35,626 nucleotides of DNA. Origin: Myxococcota bacterium (GTDB lineage Bacteria; Myxococcota; UBA4151). The stretch spans positions 1 to 35,626 of the forward strand of contig JBDQPD010000029.1 in assembly GCA_040260805.1 (NCBI GenBank). Reading direction: 5' to 3'. The position numbers were made by a program, and so were the translations under genes. Below, piece by piece: positions 26,598 to 34,963 of this stretch. Below the pieces are notes generated by a model. It had not been told where the DNA came from. It saw nothing but the letters and a program-made list of their open reading frames with translations, and ran no database searches. Position 1 is the first letter of the stretch. Each line of letters opens with the position of its first letter.

Positions 26598-28043
26598 ATG
26601 ACGCCGCCATTTGACCGCCGAGAGTTCGTTCGGCTGAGTTCGGTCGCAGCGCTGGCTGGACCTGCGCTGCTGGGCGCTTGCGCCGACGAGCCTGTCGTCG
26701 AGCCTTCCACCTGCGGAACCGGGGCGCCGGATCAGGGTGTTTTGTGGGACGAGAACCCGCTCGAGTTGGTGGTCGATTCGACGATGTTCCCGCTACCCCC
26801 ACAGTCGGGAGCGATGCGCAGCGAGTCGGCGCTGATTTGGGGTTACGCTGACGGTCCAGAGGCGCTCAAATTTTGGGTCTGGCGCGAAGAAGCCGAGCAA
26901 CGATTTTTGGTGCACAGCGGCACGGCGCAGCTGGTCGAAGGGTACGCCAAGGTCGCGCTCGAGGCGCTGGCTGCAGGGCAATGGTATGAATACCTCTGGT
27001 ACCATGAAGACGCTGATGGGGGCACCCAGCGCGGCGTCGCCGGCCGGTTTCGGACGGCCTTCGAGCCGGGTTGCTCGGCACCCATTGTGGTGGCTGCGAC
27101 GTCATGCACGAATCGCCGCCTAGCGCCTTACCGCAGCCTTGAGATGATGGCTGACGCTCAGCCTGATATGTTCCTGCAGCTCGGGGACATGAGCTATAAC
27201 GATGGGGCCCAGGACCAGCAGGAATACCGGGACCTCTGGCACGAGACCTTGAGCGATCCAGGCTACGCAGCGATCCTTGCTAAGTGCGGTATGTACGTCA
27301 CCTGGGACGATCACGAGATCGTGGACAGCAGCTCGTACTACAACACCGGTGAGACCCGTCGCCGTATCGCCACCGAGGCGTGGTTTGAGACGCTGGCGAC
27401 GCCAAGGCTCGAGGCGGATCGCTTCTGGGATAGTTACCGCTGGGGCGACACGGCTGAGTTCTTTGTGCTTGATTGCCGCAGCGAGCGACAGCCTGAGAGT
27501 CGCCGCACGCCAGAGGCTGCTTACATCTCGCGAGCGCAGATGGACTGGCTCAAGGCTGGGCTGAGCTCGAGCACCGCCACCTGGAAGGTGATCCTAAACT
27601 CAGTGCCGATGACCAACTGGCCCGACGTGACCATTTTGGAGTCGGACCGGTGGGAGGGCTATGAAGCTCAGCGCCAAGAGCTGGTGGATTATTTGGTCGC
27701 CGAAGACCTTGACGGCGTGTTGGTGGTCAGCGGTGACTTTCATTGCGGTTCGGTCAGCCGGCTCGAGCCGGTAGGTCCTGCGCGCAAGTACTTCGAGGTC
27801 TTGGTCGGACCGGGCGCTAACGGCGGAAACCCGCTCGCCTATCTGTACCAGATGGGCTCCGAGGCTGAGCGTGGCCGGATCTTTGAGGGCGATCAGTTCG
27901 CCTTCTTGCATCATGGGATGTCGACCACCTTGCTCACCTTTGACGGTGACGCTCAGAGTGTCGCGATTCAGTTTGTTGATCCCGAGACCGAAGAAGAGCG
28001 CTTTAGCGCTGTGATTTATGCCGACGGGCGGATCGTGTCGTGA
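26598..28043 (+). CDS. phoD: PhoD-family alkaline phosphatase / phospholipase D, Tat-exported lipoprotein
   Basis: Tat motif DRREFV, lipobox LGA|C, and motifs GRFRT, TSC, GDMSYND, WDDHE, LDCRS, DRWEGY and SGDFH. Confidence 0.9.
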   Translation: MTPPFDRREFVRLSSVAALAGPALLGACADEPVVEPSTCGTGAPDQGVLWDENPLELVVDSTMFPLPPQSGAMRSESALIWGYADGPEALKFWVWREEAEQRFLVHSGTAQLVEGYAKVALEALAAGQWYEYLWYHEDADGGTQRGVAGRFRTAFEPGCSAPIVVAATSCTNRRLAPYRSLEMMADAQPDMFLQLGDMSYNDGAQDQQEYRDLWHETLSDPGYAAILAKCGMYVTWDDHEIVDSSSYYNTGETRRRIATEAWFETLATPRLEADRFWDSYRWGDTAEFFVLDCRSERQPESRRTPEAAYISRAQMDWLKAGLSSSTATWKVILNSVPMTNWPDVTILESDRWEGYEAQRQELVDYLVAEDLDGVLVVSGDFHCGSVSRLEPVGPARKYFEVLVGPGANGGNPLAYLYQMGSEAERGRIFEGDQFAFLHHGMSTTLLTFDGDAQSVAIQFVDPETEEERFSAVIYADGRIVS

Positions 28044-28047
28044 TCGA

Positions 28048-30048
28048 TTAGGGACAGGGCGCGTCGAGGGCGGCTGGGGCGCTAATGCGAGCCCCGCCGG
28101 GTGTGCCCACGCTGGCTAAGAAGCATGTGTATTGGAATCGCGCACCGTCGAGGTTGAACAAGACGTAGTGGCCCTTCGTGTTCTGCGAGGCGTACTGAAT
28201 CACTGCGCCCGTCTTACCCCCGATATTGTTCTTCACGGGGTATGTCGTGGCTTGCTGACCCGAGAGTCGTAGCGAGGCCGGTAAGAACGGCTCGACCTCT
28301 GGACCGACCAAGGGCGCCTTGAGGTTGACGGCTAGAGCCGCTTCGGCGCGCGGACTAAAGTAGCCGTCGGTGACGCCAGCTGGCATCAGGACATGCTTTG
28401 CGGGAATGCCCTCGAAGGGTTCGGCGATCAGCCGGTTCGCCTTGGTCACTGGATCGACCATATCCCAGACATTTTGCATGGCGTGGAGCAACGGGTGGTT
28501 GCGCTCGATAGGGCGTCCTGGCTGCAAGAAGGCTTGTAGGACACCTTGCACATCAAAAGGTTCCACCGCTTCGGTCGCGATCTCAGCCATCGAGCCACCT
28601 GATCCCGACAGCACGATCGCTTTAAGTCGAGGATCGATAGCAGCCCAGCTGATACCGATCGTGGAACCCATGGATTGCCCCATCCCCGTGAGGCGCTCCG
28701 GATCAAACTGAGCGCTCGATTGACCGCCTAAATCAGCGCCTGCCACCAAGGCGGAAGGCAGCTGTGCGGTCAGCAGGTAGCGCGTGAGTAAGCTCAACTC
28801 CATGGCGCTGGCGTTGAAGTTCGCAATCGTTCCGCCGGCGTTGCCGGTGAGGTTGTAGAGCATCAAGCCCGAGGTGTCGGGCGGGTTGTTGCGATCGCCG
28901 TGCAACGGAAAGTCAAAGCCGAGCGTCGCAACGCCACGGCGAGCCAGCCATTCGGATGGCCCAGTGCCAGGTTCGGCGACGGCCGCATCGTCGAGTTCGT
29001 CTTGAGGTCCTCGATTGACGACCTGCATCCACTCACCGCCCGAGCCATGGGCATAGACCGTCAGCGGATACCCTGCTTCGGGTTGAGGGGATTTGGGCAA
29101 GGCTAAGACCAAGCGCATATCCTGCTGACGTTGAATGATCGGGTTGCCGTCCTCACCCCACGCGATTCGGCCTTCGCTGGCGTCGGAGAAGGGTGGGTTG
29201 CCGAGCTGGATCCGCGGCATGCTGATCCGCGCGGTCAGCAGCACGTAGCTCGCATCCTCAAACTGTTCTTCGCGCACCGTCCAAGGCTGGGAGAGGGCGG
29301 GTACCGGTTGGGTTTCTGCCCACGCACCGAGTCTCTTGAGCATCCATTCATGGTCGGTGGTCGTAAAGACACTGGCGGCGACGACTTGGTCGAGGGGTTC
29401 GTCTTCGGCTTTGAGCGCTTCTCGAAGTTCGGCGAAGTTGGTCAGCGCTTGGGCTGGACCTTCGATTTGCTCAAAAGCGTCATGAAAAGCTTTTGAGCGC
29501 CCAAGCGGCTGGCCAGCTGCGTTAGTCACGGCGTCAGTCACCACGAGCGCGTAGCGAGTATTGGGACGACGTACGAAGCCAGGAGCAGGAAGCGCGGCGA
29601 GTCGATTGGCGGGCACATAGATGTCGCCAACGGGATCAAAACTCACCTCGACGGGAAAGCGTTTGCCGCGCTCGCTCGAGGACGCATCGATATCGATGAG
29701 GTACACGGACGAGCCCTTTTCAATCGAGGCCGCAGCCGTTGCAGGCAGCGTCGAAGGTTTGAGCTCGCCAGAGAGGGTGAAAAAGACGCCTGAGGATAAA
29801 CCCCACTTGCCTTGCAGCGCCTCCTCGCCTGCCTCAAGCCACATCGCCACCATCGCTGCGTTCCAGTCGCCCGGCCAGCGCTCGAAGTCCCAGGTGTTGT
29901 CGCTCTCGATCCTCAAGTCGCTCGGCATCGGTAGATCCCAGAAGCCACCGCTTGGGTCCCAATGAGCCTGCGTCGGACGCTCCTCCCAAGCGGGGTCACA
30001 TCCACCAAAAATGAGGAGACAAGAAAGACTGAGAGTGAGTGAGCGCAT
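28048..30048 (-). CDS. Lipoprotein alpha/beta hydrolase (lipase-like) with an N-terminal Ig-like region
   Basis: Lipobox FGG|C, P.PSD, RPNTRYALVVT, YAHGSGG, PLHG.R, nucleophile elbow GQSMG, and candidate Asp (TDGY) and His (GHY). Start moved to ATG 30048. Confidence 0.75.
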   Translation of the reverse strand: MRSLTLSLSCLLIFGGCDPAWEERPTQAHWDPSGGFWDLPMPSDLRIESDNTWDFERWPGDWNAAMVAMWLEAGEEALQGKWGLSSGVFFTLSGELKPSTLPATAAASIEKGSSVYLIDIDASSSERGKRFPVEVSFDPVGDIYVPANRLAALPAPGFVRRPNTRYALVVTDAVTNAAGQPLGRSKAFHDAFEQIEGPAQALTNFAELREALKAEDEPLDQVVAASVFTTTDHEWMLKRLGAWAETQPVPALSQPWTVREEQFEDASYVLLTARISMPRIQLGNPPFSDASEGRIAWGEDGNPIIQRQQDMRLVLALPKSPQPEAGYPLTVYAHGSGGEWMQVVNRGPQDELDDAAVAEPGTGPSEWLARRGVATLGFDFPLHGDRNNPPDTSGLMLYNLTGNAGGTIANFNASAMELSLLTRYLLTAQLPSALVAGADLGGQSSAQFDPERLTGMGQSMGSTIGISWAAIDPRLKAIVLSGSGGSMAEIATEAVEPFDVQGVLQAFLQPGRPIERNHPLLHAMQNVWDMVDPVTKANRLIAEPFEGIPAKHVLMPAGVTDGYFSPRAEAALAVNLKAPLVGPEVEPFLPASLRLSGQQATTYPVKNNIGGKTGAVIQYASQNTKGHYVLFNLDGARFQYTCFLASVGTPGGARISAPAALDAPCP

Positions 30049-30203
30049 AAATGGTTTATCCTTCGGGTACGATTTCTTGATCCAACTGACGATTGGCCGC
30101 AACCCTTGGCACGCTGATCCGATGATTCAAGAGAACGTCCATGACGCGGACTCGCAAGACCGGTGAAAGCTTGCTAAGCCGCTAAATGATCCAGGAGAAG
30201 ATT

Positions 30204-31304
30204 ATGCTCAATTCTGTCAACTTCCTCCAGCGCCTAAACCCCGCTTTGATGCAGCGTCTTCGTGGCCAAGGCGCAACGCAGACGACTGGCAGCTCAAACG
30301 CTCAGCAGACGAATCGTTACGCTGACGCCTTTGACCGCGGCTCGAGCGCTGTGCAGCGCGGCGCGAGCAACGCCCGAGCTGGCTTAGCGAACGCTCACTC
30401 GGAAGCGGCAGACAACTTTCGGTTGTCGGGGCACCTTGGAATGCGTGGAAACAGCATTGATTGGGATCGCGGCGGACGAGCCGGCTATTCCAAAGACTGG
30501 GTCAATACCAAGAACGACTTGAACACCTTTGCGGATCGCAAATGGAGCAATCGCCCAGATAATGAGTCGGCTGATAATGGTACCGGTATCCCGGTGAATG
30601 CGACCTTGTTTAACGTCGGCGCTCGTCGTGAGGCGACCGTCGCCTCCGTTCGAGCCGAGACCACAGTCGCTGGCGCCAACCTCCAGGGCGAAATCTACGC
30701 AGGGCGTCTGCGGGGCACCACGAATATGGGTGCGAGCGTTGATCTCAACAGCATGACCGCCAAGGTCGACGCCGGCGCTCGGGCCGAAGCTCATCTGCTT
30801 GGCGCAACGGCTTCGGGTAGTCGCACATTCGGTGGAAGCGCTTTGAACACGGCGACTTCGGTGCGTGGTGATGCTTTTGTGGGTGCTGAAGCGGGTGCCA
30901 AAGCGGGTGTTAACTTTAACCCCCGCACCGGTAATGCGGGTGTCAGCGCAGGCTTGGATGCCTTTGCGGGTGCCAAAGCCAAAGGGCGCGTGCGGCAGAG
31001 CTTCGGCGCTGCGGGCGAGAACCTAGGCGCTGTCGGTGTCCGTGGTGAAGCTTGGGCTGGTATCGGCGCAAGCGCTGACGCTTCGGCCGGCTTTGAAGAT
31101 GGTAAATTTAAGATCAGCGGCTCGATTGGTGCGGCCCTTGGCGTCGGTGGTAAGGTCGGATTTGACCTTGAGGTTGACGTGGTGGGAACGGCTAAAGCAG
31201 CGACTGAAATGGCAAGCGACGCGGTCGACTTTGCCGGCGAAGTTGCAGGAGATGTTGCCAACGCCTTCAGTTCGGGTTGGAGTAGCATTAAGAAACTCTG
31301 GTAA
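30204..31304 (+). CDS. Gly/Ala-rich hypothetical protein without a signal peptide
   Basis: AGGAGA RBS before ATG 30204. Polar N-terminus, alternating G/A beta-like repeats and an amphipathic C-terminus GWSSIKKLW. Confidence 0.8.
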   Translation: MLNSVNFLQRLNPALMQRLRGQGATQTTGSSNAQQTNRYADAFDRGSSAVQRGASNARAGLANAHSEAADNFRLSGHLGMRGNSIDWDRGGRAGYSKDWVNTKNDLNTFADRKWSNRPDNESADNGTGIPVNATLFNVGARREATVASVRAETTVAGANLQGEIYAGRLRGTTNMGASVDLNSMTAKVDAGARAEAHLLGATASGSRTFGGSALNTATSVRGDAFVGAEAGAKAGVNFNPRTGNAGVSAGLDAFAGAKAKGRVRQSFGAAGENLGAVGVRGEAWAGIGASADASAGFEDGKFKISGSIGAALGVGGKVGFDLEVDVVGTAKAATEMASDAVDFAGEVAGDVANAFSSGWSSIKKLW

Positions 31305-31319
31305 CCTGAGGGGTCGTTC

Positions 31320-32501
31320 ATGACGACAGCAATTGATGATCTTCTAGATGCGGGACGCCTTGATGAGGCGTCCCGTCTCATTTCTGAGCAACTCAGCGAC
31401 ACTCCAAACGAGCCCAATATCCTAGTAGCGCAAGCCCGGGCGCTTGGTGCTCAAGGTGATTTAGCCGGCGCCCTAGCGAGCGCTGAAAAGGCGCTTGAAG
31501 CGGACAAAGGTCACGGCAAAGCGCTCGGATACCGCGGGGTCTTACTCTATGAACTAGAGCGGCAAGCTGAGGCGCTACCGGCGCTTCGGTCGGCGGTCGA
31601 TTCAGGCGTTGTTGATGGGGCGGTGCACTTTGCCTTGGCGCGCTGCTTAGCCGCAGCGGGTGAGCTGGTTCCTGCGCTAGAGCACACCGACCTCGCTTTG
31701 GTCGACCAGCCTCAGAACTGGGCCTTCTTGTTTGTGCGAGCGCGCTTGCTCAGTGATCTGAATCGCTACGACGAGTCGCTTGTGGCGCTGCATGCGACGG
31801 TTCAAGCCGACCCGACCCAAGAGGAGCCTTGGATCGTCTTGTGCACGGTCTTGATCAACTTGGGTCAAGTGGGTGATGCGGTCATCAACCTTCAAAATGC
31901 GATGCGGCACGTGCCGCAAACCGATCGCATCCAGGAGCTGCTGGCTCATGCTGCGCTGACCAACGGTGACGTTGATTTGGCGACGCACCAGCTCGAGCAG
32001 CTCACGAAAACGCATCCAGAGGATGCGACGACGCTCGGAAACTTAGCGCTGTGTTACGTCGCCGGTGGTCGTCACCAGATGGCCGAGTCGGTCTATCGAA
32101 ACGCCTTGGCTTTGGCACCAGGTGATGCCGTGCTTCACTATCAACTCGCCTCACTGGTTGAGGATAAAGAGGGTGAAGCGGCCTTAGCCGAAGCGGTCGA
32201 GCATTACGGTAAAGCGATCGCTGCCGATGCCACCATGTGGGAGCCGCTGAGCGATCTGGGGCGTCTGCACGTGACCCAGTCTGCTATTCAAGATCTCGAC
32301 CGCGCTTTTCGCTTGTTTGACCAGGCTCGCTCGGTCGCCGGCGATCAACCCGAGATTTTGTTCAATATGGCCTTAGGCTATGCCCACAAGGGCGATAACC
32401 AAGCCTGCATGAAGGCATGTCGCCAAGTCCAAGCTCACCCTGACGCGGGCAACGCACTCAAGGATCAGGCGCACGCCCTAGCGAAACACGTCGGTGGCTG
32501 A
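31320..32501 (+). CDS. Tetratricopeptide-repeat protein, cytoplasmic
   Basis: Repeated TPR-like helices across the whole length, e.g. ALGYRGVLLYELE, TLGNLALCYVAGG and ILFNMALGYAHKG. Confidence 0.85.
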   Translation: MTTAIDDLLDAGRLDEASRLISEQLSDTPNEPNILVAQARALGAQGDLAGALASAEKALEADKGHGKALGYRGVLLYELERQAEALPALRSAVDSGVVDGAVHFALARCLAAAGELVPALEHTDLALVDQPQNWAFLFVRARLLSDLNRYDESLVALHATVQADPTQEEPWIVLCTVLINLGQVGDAVINLQNAMRHVPQTDRIQELLAHAALTNGDVDLATHQLEQLTKTHPEDATTLGNLALCYVAGGRHQMAESVYRNALALAPGDAVLHYQLASLVEDKEGEAALAEAVEHYGKAIAADATMWEPLSDLGRLHVTQSAIQDLDRAFRLFDQARSVAGDQPEILFNMALGYAHKGDNQACMKACRQVQAHPDAGNALKDQAHALAKHVGG

Positions 32502-32504
32502 CCG

Positions 32505-33854
32505 ATGGGTTCTGTAGAGCTCTTCTTACTGTGCATTGCTGCGGTCTTTTTGATCGGAGTCGTGGGTGAGTTGGTTTTTGCCCGCACGGGTGTGCCCGAT
32601 GTGGTTTGGCTTATTGTGGTTGGTGTCTTGATGGGGCCGGTCTTCGGCTTAGTTGAGCGCAAGCTGCTCATGGATATAGCGCCTTTCTTTGGCGCGCTGA
32701 CCTTGGTGATCGTGCTCTTTGATGGTGGCGTTCGGCTCCGCTTGGGCGAACTGGTGTCGGCGGCGCCTAGGAGTCTTTTGCTGGCGGTGAGCGGCTTTGT
32801 GGTTGCGATTGTGGCGATCGCCGCAGTGAGTATGGTCTTCGCGAAGCTAGGGGTTTTGCCCAAAGCCTCGTGGACCTGGACCCATGGTTTGATCCTCGGC
32901 GCCATTGTCGGGGGCGCAAGCTCCGTGGTGATTATGCCCGCGCTCGACCTCGCAGGTCTCGACGAGCGTTTGAGCAATCTCCTCAAGCTAGAATCTGCGC
33001 TGACTGATGTGTTGTGCGTGGTCGGCGCGGTGACCCTAATCGAACTCGCTGTGGGCGGCGCCTTTGATAAAGGCGCGGTGTTATCGACCTTGGGTGCGAG
33101 CTTTGGCATCGGCCTGCTCTACGGCGTTTTGGGTGGGTTGATGTGGATCGTTCTGCATCGGCTTTGGGGAGGCTCAAAGCACGAGTACCCGATCACCTTG
33201 TCGGGTCTTTTAATCTTGTATGTGATCACCTCAAAGGCGGGAGGAAGCGCAGCGTTAGCTATTCTGACCACCGCCATCGTGATCGGTAACGCCGGGGCTG
33301 TGACGCGCGTCTTAAAGATGCGCGACGCGGTCACTCTTGAGCTCGACGTCGAGCGCTTCCACGGCGTGGTCAGCTTCATGATCAAGAGCTTCTTCTTCTG
33401 CTTTATCGGTTTGATGCTCAATCCACCCTGGTCCTTGATCGGTGTCGGCGCCGTGCTGGGTTTAACCCTGCTCGCCGTTCGCTGGCCGACGGCTCAGCTG
33501 GCGCTAAAAGGTGCTGGGTTTTCTGCTGGTGAGCGCGGCTTGGTCGCGGTGTGCATGCCGCGCGGGATGGCTGCAGGCGTGCTGGCGATCCTACCGGCTC
33601 AAGCTGGCGTCCCCGGGATGCAGGAGCTCCCCGTGGTGGTGTTTAGCTGCGTGGTCGTGACGATCTTAGCCTTTGCGGTGGGGATGCCCTTGATGACCCA
33701 TCGCATTGAGGCTGCGAATCAAGCTGAGGATATCGACTCAGAAGGCGACGACTCGGACGCTGGGGATGGACCTCTAGGCGCGCTGCGTTTGACTGCGACT
33801 GAGCGGCCGAGCGACTCAGAAGCTGGAGAGCATCCGACCGTACCGCTTACCTAG
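32505..33854 (+). CDS. Cation:proton antiporter (CPA1/NhaP-like)
   Basis: About 12-13 hydrophobic segments with VLFDGG, LKLESALTD, FFFCFIG, VRWP and MPRGMAA. Confidence 0.88.
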   Translation: MGSVELFLLCIAAVFLIGVVGELVFARTGVPDVVWLIVVGVLMGPVFGLVERKLLMDIAPFFGALTLVIVLFDGGVRLRLGELVSAAPRSLLLAVSGFVVAIVAIAAVSMVFAKLGVLPKASWTWTHGLILGAIVGGASSVVIMPALDLAGLDERLSNLLKLESALTDVLCVVGAVTLIELAVGGAFDKGAVLSTLGASFGIGLLYGVLGGLMWIVLHRLWGGSKHEYPITLSGLLILYVITSKAGGSAALAILTTAIVIGNAGAVTRVLKMRDAVTLELDVERFHGVVSFMIKSFFFCFIGLMLNPPWSLIGVGAVLGLTLLAVRWPTAQLALKGAGFSAGERGLVAVCMPRGMAAGVLAILPAQAGVPGMQELPVVVFSCVVVTILAFAVGMPLMTHRIEAANQAEDIDSEGDDSDAGDGPLGALRLTATERPSDSEAGEHPTVPLT

Positions 33855-34830
33855 CGGCGGTGGCGCAGGTCGAGACCCCAGCACCCACGACATTCATGCC
33901 GGTATCCTCAGCAGCGACGCTCATGCTGCCGTCGCCGCTGACTTGGTAGACTCTCGTCGATTCGCCCATGCCGTTTTGACGAACGAAGATGAAGAAATCG
34001 CCGCCCCAGTTGGCGAAGGCGAAGGTGTCGATGGTGAACGCTGAGGGGAAGCCCTCGAGGTTGATGGTCCGCTCAACTCGGGCGTTCTCCTTGTTGATCT
34101 CGACCACGCGTGCGGGGACTTCGAGCGGAAGAATAGCCCAGAGCTGACCCAGGCGATTACCCGTCAATTCAGATTGGCTTGGCAGGGTGCCTACAGTGGT
34201 GACGTCCCAGCTGTTTACATTGAGTCGAGCCAGCTGTGATCGATTGGCGATGAAGAGCTCGTCTTCAAACCCGTTCACTCGGGTCGTCGCAAAGCCCATT
34301 CCGAAGTGACCAAAGTCGCTCTCATACTCTGTCTCTTCACACTCCATGGTCTCGAGGTTCACGGCGTACAGGGTGTCGTCGTAGTAACGCACATAAGCGA
34401 CCCCGTTACGGGCGATCGACATGGAGGCGGGCTGACCGGCAAACTGACCACAGTCTAAATCACCGACGTGATTGAACTCGGCTTCGCGGGTGTCGTAATA
34501 GTAGATGGCTTCGCGATCCTTATCGATCACGTAGATGGCGTCCTCTAAGCCTTTGCAGTCGTTCTCGGGCGGCGGATCAATCGGCCGACCTGTGTCTGGG
34601 GTCCCCGCATCGTCTGTGTTCCCGCCTGGGTTTCCTGCGTCGTTGCCGTTGTTCCCGCCTGGGTTGCCGGCATCGACAACTCCACCCCCGTTTTGACCGG
34701 CATCGAATGAGCCGGTGCCGGCGTCGACCGTGTTGCCGTTTCGAGATCCATCACCGGTTGTCGATAGGTCAGGGCCACATCCTAGAACTAAGAGGCTAAT
34801 TACTAGGGCAGACAGTGTTGACTTCGACAT
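33847..34830 (-). CDS. Myxobacterial-type lipoprotein: DAG-rich linker and a probable beta-propeller
   Basis: AAGGAG RBS, lipobox VLG|C, DAG repeats, SMSIAR.G.AYV, ELTG..GQLW and C-terminal VGAGVSTCA. Confidence 0.75.
   Translation of the reverse strand: MSKSTLSALVISLLVLGCGPDLSTTGDGSRNGNTVDAGTGSFDAGQNGGGVVDAGNPGGNNGNDAGNPGGNTDDAGTPDTGRPIDPPPENDCKGLEDAIYVIDKDREAIYYYDTREAEFNHVGDLDCGQFAGQPASMSIARNGVAYVRYYDDTLYAVNLETMECEETEYESDFGHFGMGFATTRVNGFEDELFIANRSQLARLNVNSWDVTTVGTLPSQSELTGNRLGQLWAILPLEVPARVVEINKENARVERTINLEGFPSAFTIDTFAFANWGGDFFIFVRQNGMGESTRVYQVSGDGSMSVAAEDTGMNVVGAGVSTCATAAR
34617..34665. repeat. 16-bp direct repeat TGTTCCCGCCTGGGTT (two copies, 33-bp period) in the lipoprotein linker
   Basis: Copies at 34617-34632 and 34650-34665 encode the duplicated DAGNPGGN linker unit. 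Confidence 0.7.
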
Positions 34831-34917
34831 GGTCGATCTCCTTTACGGGTTCCTTTGGGATAGGGGGACTCGACCCAAACTACACCAGAAGACATTTCAT
34901 AAAAGCGGGAATATTTG

Positions 34918-34943
34918 AGTTCAATGAACAGTAATTTTGAACT
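34918..34943. promoter_or_regulatory. Inverted repeat, candidate LysR operator in the divergent promoter region
   Basis: AGTTCAA-12 nt-TTGAACT in an AT-rich intergenic stretch. Contains T-N11-A at 34921-34933. Confidence 0.55.
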
Positions 34944-34963
34944 ATGAATACACCGGAGGCTCT

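Noticed and set aside
30104..30122. TTGGCACG as a sigma54 -24 box upstream of the Gly/Ala-rich gene
   Set aside because: The -12 position reads TCCG rather than TTGC.
30791..31417. 208-aa minus-strand Pro/Ala/Ser-rich ORF, and likewise 32465-33109
   Set aside because: Antisense shadows of the Gly/Ala-rich gene and the antiporter.
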